The position numbers and the translations under genes were made by a program. Below the pieces are notes generated by a model that did not search any database, had not been told where the DNA came from, and saw nothing but the letters and a program-made list of their open reading frames with translations. Source: Spirochaetota bacterium (GTDB lineage Bacteria; Spirochaetota; UBA4802; UBA5550). From it: 64,000 bases of DNA. Below are positions 37,271 through 45,551 of the stretch, in pieces. Numbering within the stretch: the first letter of the stretch is position 1; each line of letters starts with the position of its first letter. The stretch spans positions 12,069 through 76,068 of the forward strand of contig OY760686.1 in the NCBI GenBank assembly GCA_963663865.1, written 5' to 3'.

Positions 37271-37657
37271 CTATCGTGTCACGAAAACCATGACAGTCGA
37301 TATGAAAGCGCTAAAGAATACGAATACGGCAAGCAGCTGAAGCATTAGCCTCAGCCGGTCTGACTTTGTCAACAGACGGTAGTTCTGCACTGAATACCGC
37401 AACTCATAAAGAAACGATATAAACCATCTCCTTATTGATGAAAGCTTCATCCTTTCCGAACGGCTCTGAACACCCCGGGTTTTCTTTTTTCGGCCCTTTC
37501 CCGCTCCCAGATCAAAGCGCCCGTCCCTGTAGAGCAGCGGGTCGTCAGGGTCGGCGACAAAGGAGTGCCCGCATCCGCACCTGACAAGTATTTTGCCCCT
37601 GTCAATCGGGAAACGGAGCGCCTTTGTGCAGTAAGGGCAGTTCTTGATAAAGTACAT
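37271..37657 (-). CDS. Zinc-ribbon protein with a C-terminal TM helix
   Basis: CPYC...17 residues...CGCGH (Cys4-like ribbon), a basic linker, and one TM. Confidence 0.5.
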   Translation of the reverse strand: MYFIKNCPYCTKALRFPIDRGKILVRCGCGHSFVADPDDPLLYRDGRFDLGAGKGRKKKTRGVQSRSERMKLSSIRRWFISFLYELRYSVQNYRLLTKSDRLRLMLQLLAVFVFFSAFISTVMVFVTR

Positions 37658-37662
37658 TCCCT

Positions 37663-38523
37663 TTAGATGATTTCCTTAGCCTGCCGTATAAATTCAGGGA
37701 TGGAGGTAAAAGTCTTTTCAAGGTCTTCGGCCGTGAAGCCTATTTTTTCAAGGGCCTCTGCGTTCAGTTCATGGAAAAGCCCGTCGCTTCCTATGCCCAC
37801 ACCGGCCATGAGAGCAAGGCTGTTGGCCACGTGTACAACGCAAACTTCGTAGCGGTGTTCCTCAGGCGAGTGCATGGGATCCTGATAGAAGCGGACTATG
37901 GATTTAAGCACGGGCGGGAACTGCCACTTGGCCAGAATCTTCTCACCGACCTCCTGATGCGAAAAGCCCATAATACTGCGTTCTGCATCGCTGAAGGTCA
38001 TCCCCTGCTCCTGAACAGCACGCATAATATCTGCGAAAGTGCTCTGAACAAAGAGCGCCAGAACGACCTTTCCTACATTGTGGATTATCCCGCCGGTAAA
38101 GACAACATCGGCGACATCCTTTCTGCCCTTGTCCAACGCCATCTTTTTACACACAGTCGCCACGATCACTCCATGCTTCCAGAGCTCTCCCTTGGCGAGG
38201 TCATAGCCTATTACGAACCTGTCAAGAACAGGCTTGGCGGCCAGAATCATTACGATGTCCTTAACCTCTTTGAGGCCGAGAGTGACGATTGCCCTCTCTA
38301 TTGAAGTTATCTCCTTGCCTTTGCTGAAAAAGGCTGAATTACACAGTTTAAGTATGTTTGTGGTCATGGCCTGGTCGCGCGATATCTCATCAGCGATATG
38401 CTTAAAAGAGACGTCAGGATCATTAACCATGTTAATGATTTTACTCGCGACCTCCGGTATTGAAGGAAGCTGGTCAAGGTTGTTTATTATTGATTCAATT
38501 CTCTGTTTAATATGTGCGTGCAT
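37663..38523 (-). CDS. HDOD-domain signalling protein
   Basis: LPSIPEVASKIINMVNDP, FSKGKEITSIERAIVTLGL, HNVGKVVL. 286 aa. Confidence 0.8.
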   Translation of the reverse strand: MHAHIKQRIESIINNLDQLPSIPEVASKIINMVNDPDVSFKHIADEISRDQAMTTNILKLCNSAFFSKGKEITSIERAIVTLGLKEVKDIVMILAAKPVLDRFVIGYDLAKGELWKHGVIVATVCKKMALDKGRKDVADVVFTGGIIHNVGKVVLALFVQSTFADIMRAVQEQGMTFSDAERSIMGFSHQEVGEKILAKWQFPPVLKSIVRFYQDPMHSPEEHRYEVCVVHVANSLALMAGVGIGSDGLFHELNAEALEKIGFTAEDLEKTFTSIPEFIRQAKEII

Positions 38524-38543
38524 AGTTATCTCCAGCGCTCCAT

Positions 38544-39029
38544 CTACACTTTGTAATACATCTTTTCCTGACCGGCGGCCTTGACCTTCAGGTGTCCGTC
38601 ATTGAGGAAAAAATCTATTACTCTCCCTGTATTGCCACCGACATCCTTTTCAAGAACGGGAATTCCCAGTTTCTCCAGCACCTTAAGCGTTTCTTCCACA
38701 TTTCGGTCGCCTATCTGTCCGAGAGAGACAGTCGGGCTGAACTTAAACATTGAAGCTCCGCCTGCAATCTTCGCCGACATAAACTCCTTTCTTGCGCCGT
38801 CTTTGATAAGTCTTTCAACAAGAAGGGGTATGGCCGTATCGGCATACTTTTCGGGGAATTTCCCCCCGGTATTGTCGCTCGGGAGAAGAATATGGGCGAG
38901 ACCGCCGATCTTCTTCATGCGGTCATATACACATATCCCAACACAGCTTCCAAGAATGGTGCGCAGAACGGATGGGCTCTGCCCGAACCTGACCTGGGCG
39001 ACACCAACATTTATAAGAGGTTCGTTCAT
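38544..39029 (-). CDS. cheD: Chemoreceptor glutamine deamidase CheD
   Basis: LGSCVGICVYD, GGLAHILLP and GGASMF motifs. 161 aa. Confidence 0.85.
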   Translation of the reverse strand: MNEPLINVGVAQVRFGQSPSVLRTILGSCVGICVYDRMKKIGGLAHILLPSDNTGGKFPEKYADTAIPLLVERLIKDGARKEFMSAKIAGGASMFKFSPTVSLGQIGDRNVEETLKVLEKLGIPVLEKDVGGNTGRVIDFFLNDGHLKVKAAGQEKMYYKV

Positions 39030-39170
39030 TTTCTAACTTCTGCCCTGTAATATTATCATTATGCCAGCCCGGTTAATAAGCCGCCGCGCTGTCCCCGTTT
39101 TTACCAATATCTTTAAAAATATGATCTGCAACGAAACAATAATTTATCGTAACAGTCCCTTGTTATTTTG

Positions 39171-39779
39171 TCAAGGTTTATAGGAGCAGCCGGAAGTTAT
39201 TTGCCAAATCCCGGCACAATCTGTCAGATCCTCAAGGATGGAAGCAGTCAGGCCCCAGACATCATAGCCGAGGTAGCGGTAATGGCGAAAAACCTTTTCA
39301 GCGCCGTCTATCGAATGTTTTTGTTCTTCCGCGTTCTCCCTGCGGCTGAAAAGCGCCAGAGGCACCTCAAGGCCCGATTCGATTTCAGGGGGATTAAAGC
39401 TGTACTGATAAGGCCATGCTATTGAAGAAACAAATACTGAAACCACGGAACCGTCTTTTGCAAAGTAATCATTGAAACGGCCAAGGTATCGGGCATCTTC
39501 AGGACGGATGCCTGTTTCCTCATAAGTTTCCCGGCTGGCCGTCTCAAACGCTGTTTTGTCTTCAGGATGGGAGCGTCCTCCCGGCAGAGAGACCTCTCCC
39601 CTGTGCGACGAAAGCGTCATTGCCCTCCGTGTCAGGAGGACGGAGGGGACTCCTACGGCGTCCATCAGCACAACCATTACGGCAGCCGCCGCGGGATTTG
39701 CGTTTTCACTGAAAAAAAGCTGTCTTGCCGTCAGAGAGCTCCTGAAAGCTTCACAGACTGCGCTGAAGTCAGCTTCCAA
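39171..39779 (-). CDS. NUDIX hydrolase (CoA pyrophosphatase-like)
   Basis: Nudix box GGRSHPEDKTAFETASRETYEETGI. Confidence 0.75.
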   Translation of the reverse strand: MEADFSAVCEAFRSSLTARQLFFSENANPAAAAVMVVLMDAVGVPSVLLTRRAMTLSSHRGEVSLPGGRSHPEDKTAFETASRETYEETGIRPEDARYLGRFNDYFAKDGSVVSVFVSSIAWPYQYSFNPPEIESGLEVPLALFSRRENAEEQKHSIDGAEKVFRHYRYLGYDVWGLTASILEDLTDCAGIWQITSGCSYKP

Positions 39780-40329
39780 AGCCCGCCGCCTGCTCGTAAA
39801 GGTCGCCTCCGTCAGGCCCGTTTATCACAACGACAGGAAAGTCCTCTACCACAAGGCGATAAACAGCCTCAGGCCCAAGGTCGTGAAAGGCAACCGGCTC
39901 TGACTCCTTTATGCGGACCGCCAGGTAGGCCCCCGCGCCGCCGTAACTGCTGAAGTACACAGCTCCAAACTTCGCAATCAGCTCTCTGACCTCGGGGCTT
40001 CGCCTGCCCTTGCCGATCATGGCTGTAACGCCCACCTCAAGCATCTTCCCGGTAAAAACGTCCATTCTCGAAGATGTAGTCGGACCGGCTGCCCCTATCA
40101 CCCTGCCGGGCGGCGAGGGGCTTGGCCCCATATAGTATATCACCTGGCCTGACAGCTCAACAGGGAGGCCGCCGCCGGCCTCCATAATCTCGACAAGCCG
40201 CTGATGGGCCTTGTCGCGCGCGGAGTATATAGTTCCGCTTATGAGACACCTGTCGCCGGGAAGAAGGCCGGCGGCGGCCTCCCGGCTCAGCGGAGCGCTT
40301 AGTTTCTTCCACTGCATATCATCCTCCAA
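39769..40329 (-). CDS. Fe-S hydro-lyase beta subunit (class I fumarate hydratase / tartrate dehydratase C-terminal domain)
   Basis: LSGTIYSARDKAHQRL, GPTTSSRMD, MIGKGRR. 186 aa. Overlaps the alpha-subunit gene. Confidence 0.85.
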   Translation of the reverse strand: MEDDMQWKKLSAPLSREAAAGLLPGDRCLISGTIYSARDKAHQRLVEIMEAGGGLPVELSGQVIYYMGPSPSPPGRVIGAAGPTTSSRMDVFTGKMLEVGVTAMIGKGRRSPEVRELIAKFGAVYFSSYGGAGAYLAVRIKESEPVAFHDLGPEAVYRLVVEDFPVVVINGPDGGDLYEQAAGFGS

Positions 40330-41182
40330 TGACCCTTGTTCTGAAACGCGTCGAATGGCAGCTCATGTTTACGGCCACAGGCAGCGACGCGATATGCGCC
40401 GGGGCCGGTTTAATGTAGACACCCGCAACAGTCGATATCCCCCCAAAGCCTAACGCGCCGACATTTGACTTGTTGAGTCTTTCCTCAATCAGCTTCTCAA
40501 GTCCGGCATAATATGGATCGGGATTTGGTTCTTCACCGCGCAGAACAGCCTTCTTTGAATTCAGCGCCGCCTCATCCGCCGTGCCTCCTATGCCGATTCC
40601 AAGAAATAGGGGCGGACAGGGATTGGGCCCTGCGGCAACCACAGTATTAACAATGTATTCAACAACATCTTCAGCGGAAGAGGTCGGCGTAAACATCTTC
40701 AGAGCGCTCATGTTCTCAGAACCGCCGCCCTTCAGGTAGACCGTCAGCCTGATCTGGTCCCCCTCGACAATTGATGTGTGGACGAATGCCGGCGCGTTGG
40801 TGCCGGTATTGTTTCGTCTCAGCGGATCGCCCACGATTGACTTCCTCAGATAACAGCTTCGATAGGCTTCTTCGACCGCAGCTTCGATCTGAGCGCCCAG
40901 GAAGGCGCCTTCGAGAGTTACATTCTGACCTATCTCCAGAAAGACGATTACAGCACCGCAGTCCTGACAGAGCGGCAGCCTCTCGGTCTTTGCCAGCTCG
41001 GCATTCTCAAGCAAAACTCTCATGGTTTCAACTGCTGCCTCATCTTTTTCGGATGCTGCCATCTCCCTGAATCTGCGTAGAACATATTCAGGCAGCTCAA
41101 AGCTCGCCTCCTCTATCATCTCAATCAGATTGAGCCGTAATGTTTCAGTATTTACTGTCGTATTCGCCATTGCCTTCCTCAT
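40319..41182 (-). CDS. Fe-S hydro-lyase alpha subunit (class I fumarate hydratase N-terminal domain)
   Basis: PLCQDCG, YLKGGGSEN, GIGIGGT. 287 aa. Confidence 0.85.
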   Translation of the reverse strand: MRKAMANTTVNTETLRLNLIEMIEEASFELPEYVLRRFREMAASEKDEAAVETMRVLLENAELAKTERLPLCQDCGAVIVFLEIGQNVTLEGAFLGAQIEAAVEEAYRSCYLRKSIVGDPLRRNNTGTNAPAFVHTSIVEGDQIRLTVYLKGGGSENMSALKMFTPTSSAEDVVEYIVNTVVAAGPNPCPPLFLGIGIGGTADEAALNSKKAVLRGEEPNPDPYYAGLEKLIEERLNKSNVGALGFGGISTVAGVYIKPAPAHIASLPVAVNMSCHSTRFRTRVIGG

Positions 41183-41249
41183 TTTTAGTTATGTTGACAT
41201 TCAGCCTTTATCAGCTCAAGAATTTTTTACCTTGCCTCGCATAATCTTT

Positions 41250-42317
41250 ATGTTGACCCTTGCCGCAATATCTCTTATAATGCTTAAACACTCAGTGATA
41301 CAATTTATGAAGAAGAAAAACAAGACAGCGCTTATCCTTCTCAGACACAGTTCGCCTGACTCCGACAGCGTTCCGGCTTCAGTCAGGACTGTTCCAGGTG
41401 CCGATCTGAAGCGATATCCCACCCCTGAGGATATTATTGATTCAGCGGGCTCTCCTGAAATACTGATTGTTTATCCTGACGACTATGACATGACTCCTCT
41501 GAATAACTATCTCCGAAAAACATCCGGGACAAGAGGCGGGCTGGCGACCAGCGATTTTGAGGAGAGGGTCTACGAAGGAATCAAGAAGGAAGAATTCGTG
41601 CTCTACTACCAACCCATTATCGAAACGGCGTCAGGCAGACTTTTCGGCTTTGAATCGCTAATCAGGTGGAATCACCCCGAAAGAGGCCTCCTGACTCCAG
41701 AGGTCTTTATCCCCGAGGCTGAGAAGACCGGCGCCATTATAAAGCTTGGGGAGTGGATTACTGAGACCGCCATGAAACAGTCAGCGGAGTGGGCGGGCCT
41801 TTTCCCCAATCTCCCGCTCCGGCTCGGGATTAATCTGTCCGCCAGACAGTTTATTGACAGCGGCCTCAGCAAAAGCATTCTCATGCTGTCTGAGAAACAC
41901 GGAATTGTTAAGGAAAACATTGCGTTTGAGATCACTGAGAGCGCGTTCATGGAAGACATGGACAAGGCCAACATCATCCTTCTTACTCTGAGGGCCTTCA
42001 ACTATCCGATTTACCTCGACGACTTCGGAACGGGATTCGCGTCACTTTCGTATCTGCTCCACTTTCCCGTAGACACAATAAAAATTGACCGTTCCTTCGT
42101 CGAATGGATGCACATTGACGATCAGAGCGCTGAAATTGTCCGCTCGGTCTCTACACTCGCTCACAACCTGAAGATGAAGGTCGTTGCGGAAGGCATTGAG
42201 ACATCAGACCACCTTGAGCTTGCACGCGAATTCGGGTGCGACTACACGCAGGGCTATTTCTTCTCCAGGCCCCTCTCTCCGCAGGACGCGGAGGAGTATA
42301 TCAAAAGCTCTATATGA
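41250..42317 (+). CDS. EAL-domain c-di-GMP phosphodiesterase with an N-terminal TM
   Basis: YYQPII..FESLIRW, NLSARQ, EITES, LDDFGTGFASLSYL, IKIDRSF, VAEGIET, QGYFFSRP. The track ORF starts at 41022, inside the convergent fumarase gene. ATG 41250 is the first start clear of it. Confidence 0.85.
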   Translation: MLTLAAISLIMLKHSVIQFMKKKNKTALILLRHSSPDSDSVPASVRTVPGADLKRYPTPEDIIDSAGSPEILIVYPDDYDMTPLNNYLRKTSGTRGGLATSDFEERVYEGIKKEEFVLYYQPIIETASGRLFGFESLIRWNHPERGLLTPEVFIPEAEKTGAIIKLGEWITETAMKQSAEWAGLFPNLPLRLGINLSARQFIDSGLSKSILMLSEKHGIVKENIAFEITESAFMEDMDKANIILLTLRAFNYPIYLDDFGTGFASLSYLLHFPVDTIKIDRSFVEWMHIDDQSAEIVRSVSTLAHNLKMKVVAEGIETSDHLELAREFGCDYTQGYFFSRPLSPQDAEEYIKSSI

Positions 42318-42326
42318 ATTTCCTAT

Positions 42327-42962
42327 ATGGATGATATAGTCTTTTTAGAAAATCTCTGTACCGGAATCAGTTCAGACACGATAGCGTCGAAGGCAGCCGC
42401 AGTTCTGAGAATGCCGCCTGTAGACCATAAAATCGCGATGCTTGCCGCTTCGGGGCTGAGAGTTGCTGCTCCGGCCGCGCTCTACTCCGTCCTCATTCCG
42501 CCATCTTCAGAGCTTTTAAACCGGCTGCCTGAAGAGCTTAGAACAGTTTCTCTTTTCCCGTTTATTCTCACTGCCGGCAGGGAGGCTTCGGAATGGGCCG
42601 CTTCGTTTAATGATATAGCTGAACAGCTCTACGCGGGCGAGATACTGAACTGCATTCTATCATCAGCGCTTGATGCCCTCGCCTGTTCATCAGCCTCCGC
42701 CGCTGGTACCGGCCCGCTTTCTGAACTCTGCCCCGGCACAGGGACTTTGCCCTTAAGCCTTCAGGCAGATTTGTTTGCATTTTTCGGTCCGCGTACCGGT
42801 GATCTGGGAGTAAGGCTCAACAGCTCACACGTAATTGAACCCGCCTTCAGTGTTGCGGGCTTTTTGTGTAATGAGACTATAACTCAGGGATGCCGAAACT
42901 GTTCGGTTAGAAGCTGCATGGAAGCGGGCGGTAGGTGCTGGAGGTCAACGTTAGAATGTTAA
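42327..42962 (+). CDS. Hypothetical protein with a Cys-rich C-terminus
   Basis: 211-aa ORF of normal G+C, ending ...CNETITQGCRNCSVRSCMEAGGRCW. Family not recognised with confidence. Confidence 0.45.
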   Translation: MDDIVFLENLCTGISSDTIASKAAAVLRMPPVDHKIAMLAASGLRVAAPAALYSVLIPPSSELLNRLPEELRTVSLFPFILTAGREASEWAASFNDIAEQLYAGEILNCILSSALDALACSSASAAGTGPLSELCPGTGTLPLSLQADLFAFFGPRTGDLGVRLNSSHVIEPAFSVAGFLCNETITQGCRNCSVRSCMEAGGRCWRSTLEC

Positions 42963-44167
42963 ATTGATGCTCTCCTGGCTACCAGAGCTCCTTGTACAAT
43001 TGAGTCTACGCTTCCGCCATTTTCTTTAACATTTGATATTCCTTTCATAAACTCACTTGGAGTCAGCCCTATATGCCTTTTAAACGCTCTATTGAAAGAA
43101 GGCTTGGAATTGAATCCAACTTTCATCGCAAGGTTCAAAAAATTAAAATTAGTTTCGTTTTTCATAATCTCAATAAATTCATTGATTCTAAGGTTGTTTA
43201 AATACTCTGGCACACTCATCCCGGTAGCTGTATTTATCACCTGAGACAGATAGTTTTTATTTATGTTTAGACGCTTTGCAAGCTCATCCACTTTAAATTC
43301 CGGATCAGCATAGAGCTTCTCATTCCTGATAATCTGAGAGGTTGCTTCCATAATCTCATTTATTTCACTTAGTTTTAGAGGAGAGGTCCTATACTTAGCC
43401 AACCCCTCAGCCCTTCTCAAATTAGCCCTAAGGGAATATAACAACTCTGGTTTAACAACGGCATAGTAAAAAAGCAGCAATAACACAGTAGTTGAAACAA
43501 CCGGCACCATTATAAAATCAACGTCTTGCAATATTGATGGCTTGCTGGAATAATACTTTATATATATAATATTTATTATATGGGCACAACACAAAACAGA
43601 AAATAACGTTGTTATTAATCCAAGCCACTTACAGGCCCCAATATTTTCTATTGAATTAAGATTCATTTTGTATTCTCTTATTTTGGACTTGATAAACATC
43701 ATGTAGCCAAAAATAATCAGAAAAAAGGTTATTTTTATAATCACCATGATATGACTGGTTAAATATTGCGAGACATCTTGATAAACTCTCATATAAGCGT
43801 AATAGGGAGCATAAGAGATTGCAACAAACAGAGGCGGAACAATAAATTGAATATTATATCTTTTCGTATATCTAAACTCTGGGTAAAGAAGAGACATGCT
43901 ATACAATATCAGAAGAGGGCCTTTGAGCAATAGAATAAAAAATGTAAGCTGAGTAACATGAACAGTATTTGAATTACTAACCGGCATTCCCGTAACTGTA
44001 TATTGATTCAGGAGCAGGTTTATCAGCACACAGACACCCGCGCATAGAAAATAGAGGGAGAGAAATCTGTTTGCATACTTATTCTTACTGAGCCTCAACA
44101 GAACAAACGCAAACAAAAAGCTTTCTACGACACCGACGACGCTAAGTGCAATAAATAATGTATTCAA
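42959..44167 (-). CDS. AraC-family transcriptional regulator with a polytopic membrane N-terminal domain (copy 2)
   Basis: Multiple N-terminal TM segments. C-terminal HTH_18 motif: NKNYLSQVINTATGMSVPEYLNNLRINEFIEIM...VGFNSKPSFNRAFKRHIGLTPSEF. AT-rich DNA. Confidence 0.8.
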   Translation of the reverse strand: MNTLFIALSVVGVVESFLFAFVLLRLSKNKYANRFLSLYFLCAGVCVLINLLLNQYTVTGMPVSNSNTVHVTQLTFFILLLKGPLLILYSMSLLYPEFRYTKRYNIQFIVPPLFVAISYAPYYAYMRVYQDVSQYLTSHIMVIIKITFFLIIFGYMMFIKSKIREYKMNLNSIENIGACKWLGLITTLFSVLCCAHIINIIYIKYYSSKPSILQDVDFIMVPVVSTTVLLLLFYYAVVKPELLYSLRANLRRAEGLAKYRTSPLKLSEINEIMEATSQIIRNEKLYADPEFKVDELAKRLNINKNYLSQVINTATGMSVPEYLNNLRINEFIEIMKNETNFNFLNLAMKVGFNSKPSFNRAFKRHIGLTPSEFMKGISNVKENGGSVDSIVQGALVARRASI

Positions 44168-44230
44168 ATGCCCCCACCATATTCAACAGTCAATACAGGA
44201 CCACTAATCATTTGTCAAACTAATATGAAT

Positions 44231-45352
44231 CTATTGTTCAACTATTTTACAATAATTTTTTTTACCAGGTAAAAATATACCATTAATAAATTCATCCGGC
44301 ACTTCTGAATATGTTACATCACTAACCAATATATTATATATTAATTTAAGAATAATATATTCCATATTTATCCTCGCGTAACCGGCATCGAACTTTAATT
44401 GATCACTGTCAAGCTTTGTCTTCAGCCTGCAATCTTTCATGTCTGGAACAACAAGAACAGCATCACAAATATTTTTTCTTATTCTATTTTTTGAACCTGT
44501 ACTAAGATTTGCTTGTTGAAAACGGAGTGTTATTTTATCTAATGACCTGAATAAACCCAGCCAGGAAATAAAATCATCTGCATCAGCAAACCGTTCCAGA
44601 TTTAACCCTGTTTCAAACAGAATATTCTCTGCGACCACCCTGTTTACACCTGGAATTTCCGTTATACGCTGTAACTTTTCTTCATATCGGGAAGATTTTG
44701 CTTTAATGCTCTCCTCCAAAAAGGCAATCTTGCTGCGAGCCTCTTTTAAATCATTAAACAATGATGTTAAAATTATAGATGTGTTATCATCAACGATGGA
44801 GCTGATTCTCTGATCCCAATTATTAGAGGAATATATGTGTTCAATTTCATTTTCCAAATTTGGATAGAACTCAGGTTTTATGCATATCATAGTGCTTTTT
44901 AAAATAATTCCAATTTTAGACTTGATAGCACGATGATTTTCAATAATCTCATCTCTGTATCTTGACAAATCTCTCAGTTCTCTAACCAAACGCGGTGGAA
45001 TATAGGTTGCTTTAAGCCTATCGGATTGAAAAAGCTCTACTAACAGCTCTGTTATCCTGCTTTGCTTGCCGGCTTCTCTGCTGTTGTGTGTAAACACGAG
45101 ATGCATATTACATTGATCTTCGAATTCTCTCCAAAGAAACTGCCATGAATCACTTTCCCCGGCTATGACAATGTTCGAGACAAGATTATTTTTAATCTCA
45201 TTTTTTATCCTCAACAACTCATAATCGTCAAAGTAGTTCTTTGTAGTTATCTTTCTGGCAGCCTTATCGGCTGATTCTCTGTGAAATGTTGTCTCGATGT
45301 ATCTTCCACGAAGGTACATCGCGCAGGCATTATTTTTATTTTTTGTTTCCAT
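44231..45352 (-). CDS. Divergent IS110-family transposase-like protein (copy 2)
   Basis: VRELRDLSRYRDEI; ITEIPGVNRVVAENILFETGLNLERFADADDFISWLGLF; C-terminal ARINMEYIILKLIYNIL. Confidence 0.7.
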   Translation of the reverse strand: METKNKNNACAMYLRGRYIETTFHRESADKAARKITTKNYFDDYELLRIKNEIKNNLVSNIVIAGESDSWQFLWREFEDQCNMHLVFTHNSREAGKQSRITELLVELFQSDRLKATYIPPRLVRELRDLSRYRDEIIENHRAIKSKIGIILKSTMICIKPEFYPNLENEIEHIYSSNNWDQRISSIVDDNTSIILTSLFNDLKEARSKIAFLEESIKAKSSRYEEKLQRITEIPGVNRVVAENILFETGLNLERFADADDFISWLGLFRSLDKITLRFQQANLSTGSKNRIRKNICDAVLVVPDMKDCRLKTKLDSDQLKFDAGYARINMEYIILKLIYNILVSDVTYSEVPDEFINGIFLPGKKNYCKIVEQ

Positions 45353-45472
45353 CGAATATCTAAATCAATATTTATCGCAACAATAAAACTCGTACCGTGC
45401 CATTAACCACTGTTCGTTACAAATATAATCTCTTTATTACGCTCATTACTATTTTTCAGCATAATATATGGA

Positions 45473-45509
45473 ATGAACAGGACACCCTGATGCTGCCCTG
45501 TTCATTTTT
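45473..45509 (-). terminator. Hairpin downstream of GH3 copy 2
   Basis: Stem atgaacagg / cctgttcat. The T-run lies on the plus-strand side, so the direction of action is uncertain. Confidence 0.4.
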
Positions 45510-45551
45510 CCATTACATCAAAATCAAATCTCTAATAAGCATCCTTAACAA

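Noticed and set aside
37771-39036. Plus-strand ORFs of 177, 116 and 151 aa antisense to the HDOD and cheD genes
   Set aside because: They are shadow ORFs typical of moderately GC-rich coding DNA. The opposite-strand genes carry clear family motifs.
41022-41249. N-terminal 76 codons of the 431-aa EAL ORF
   Set aside because: This stretch is antisense to the fumarase alpha-subunit gene and has low-complexity Ser-rich content. The first ATG clear of that gene (41250) begins the TM segment.
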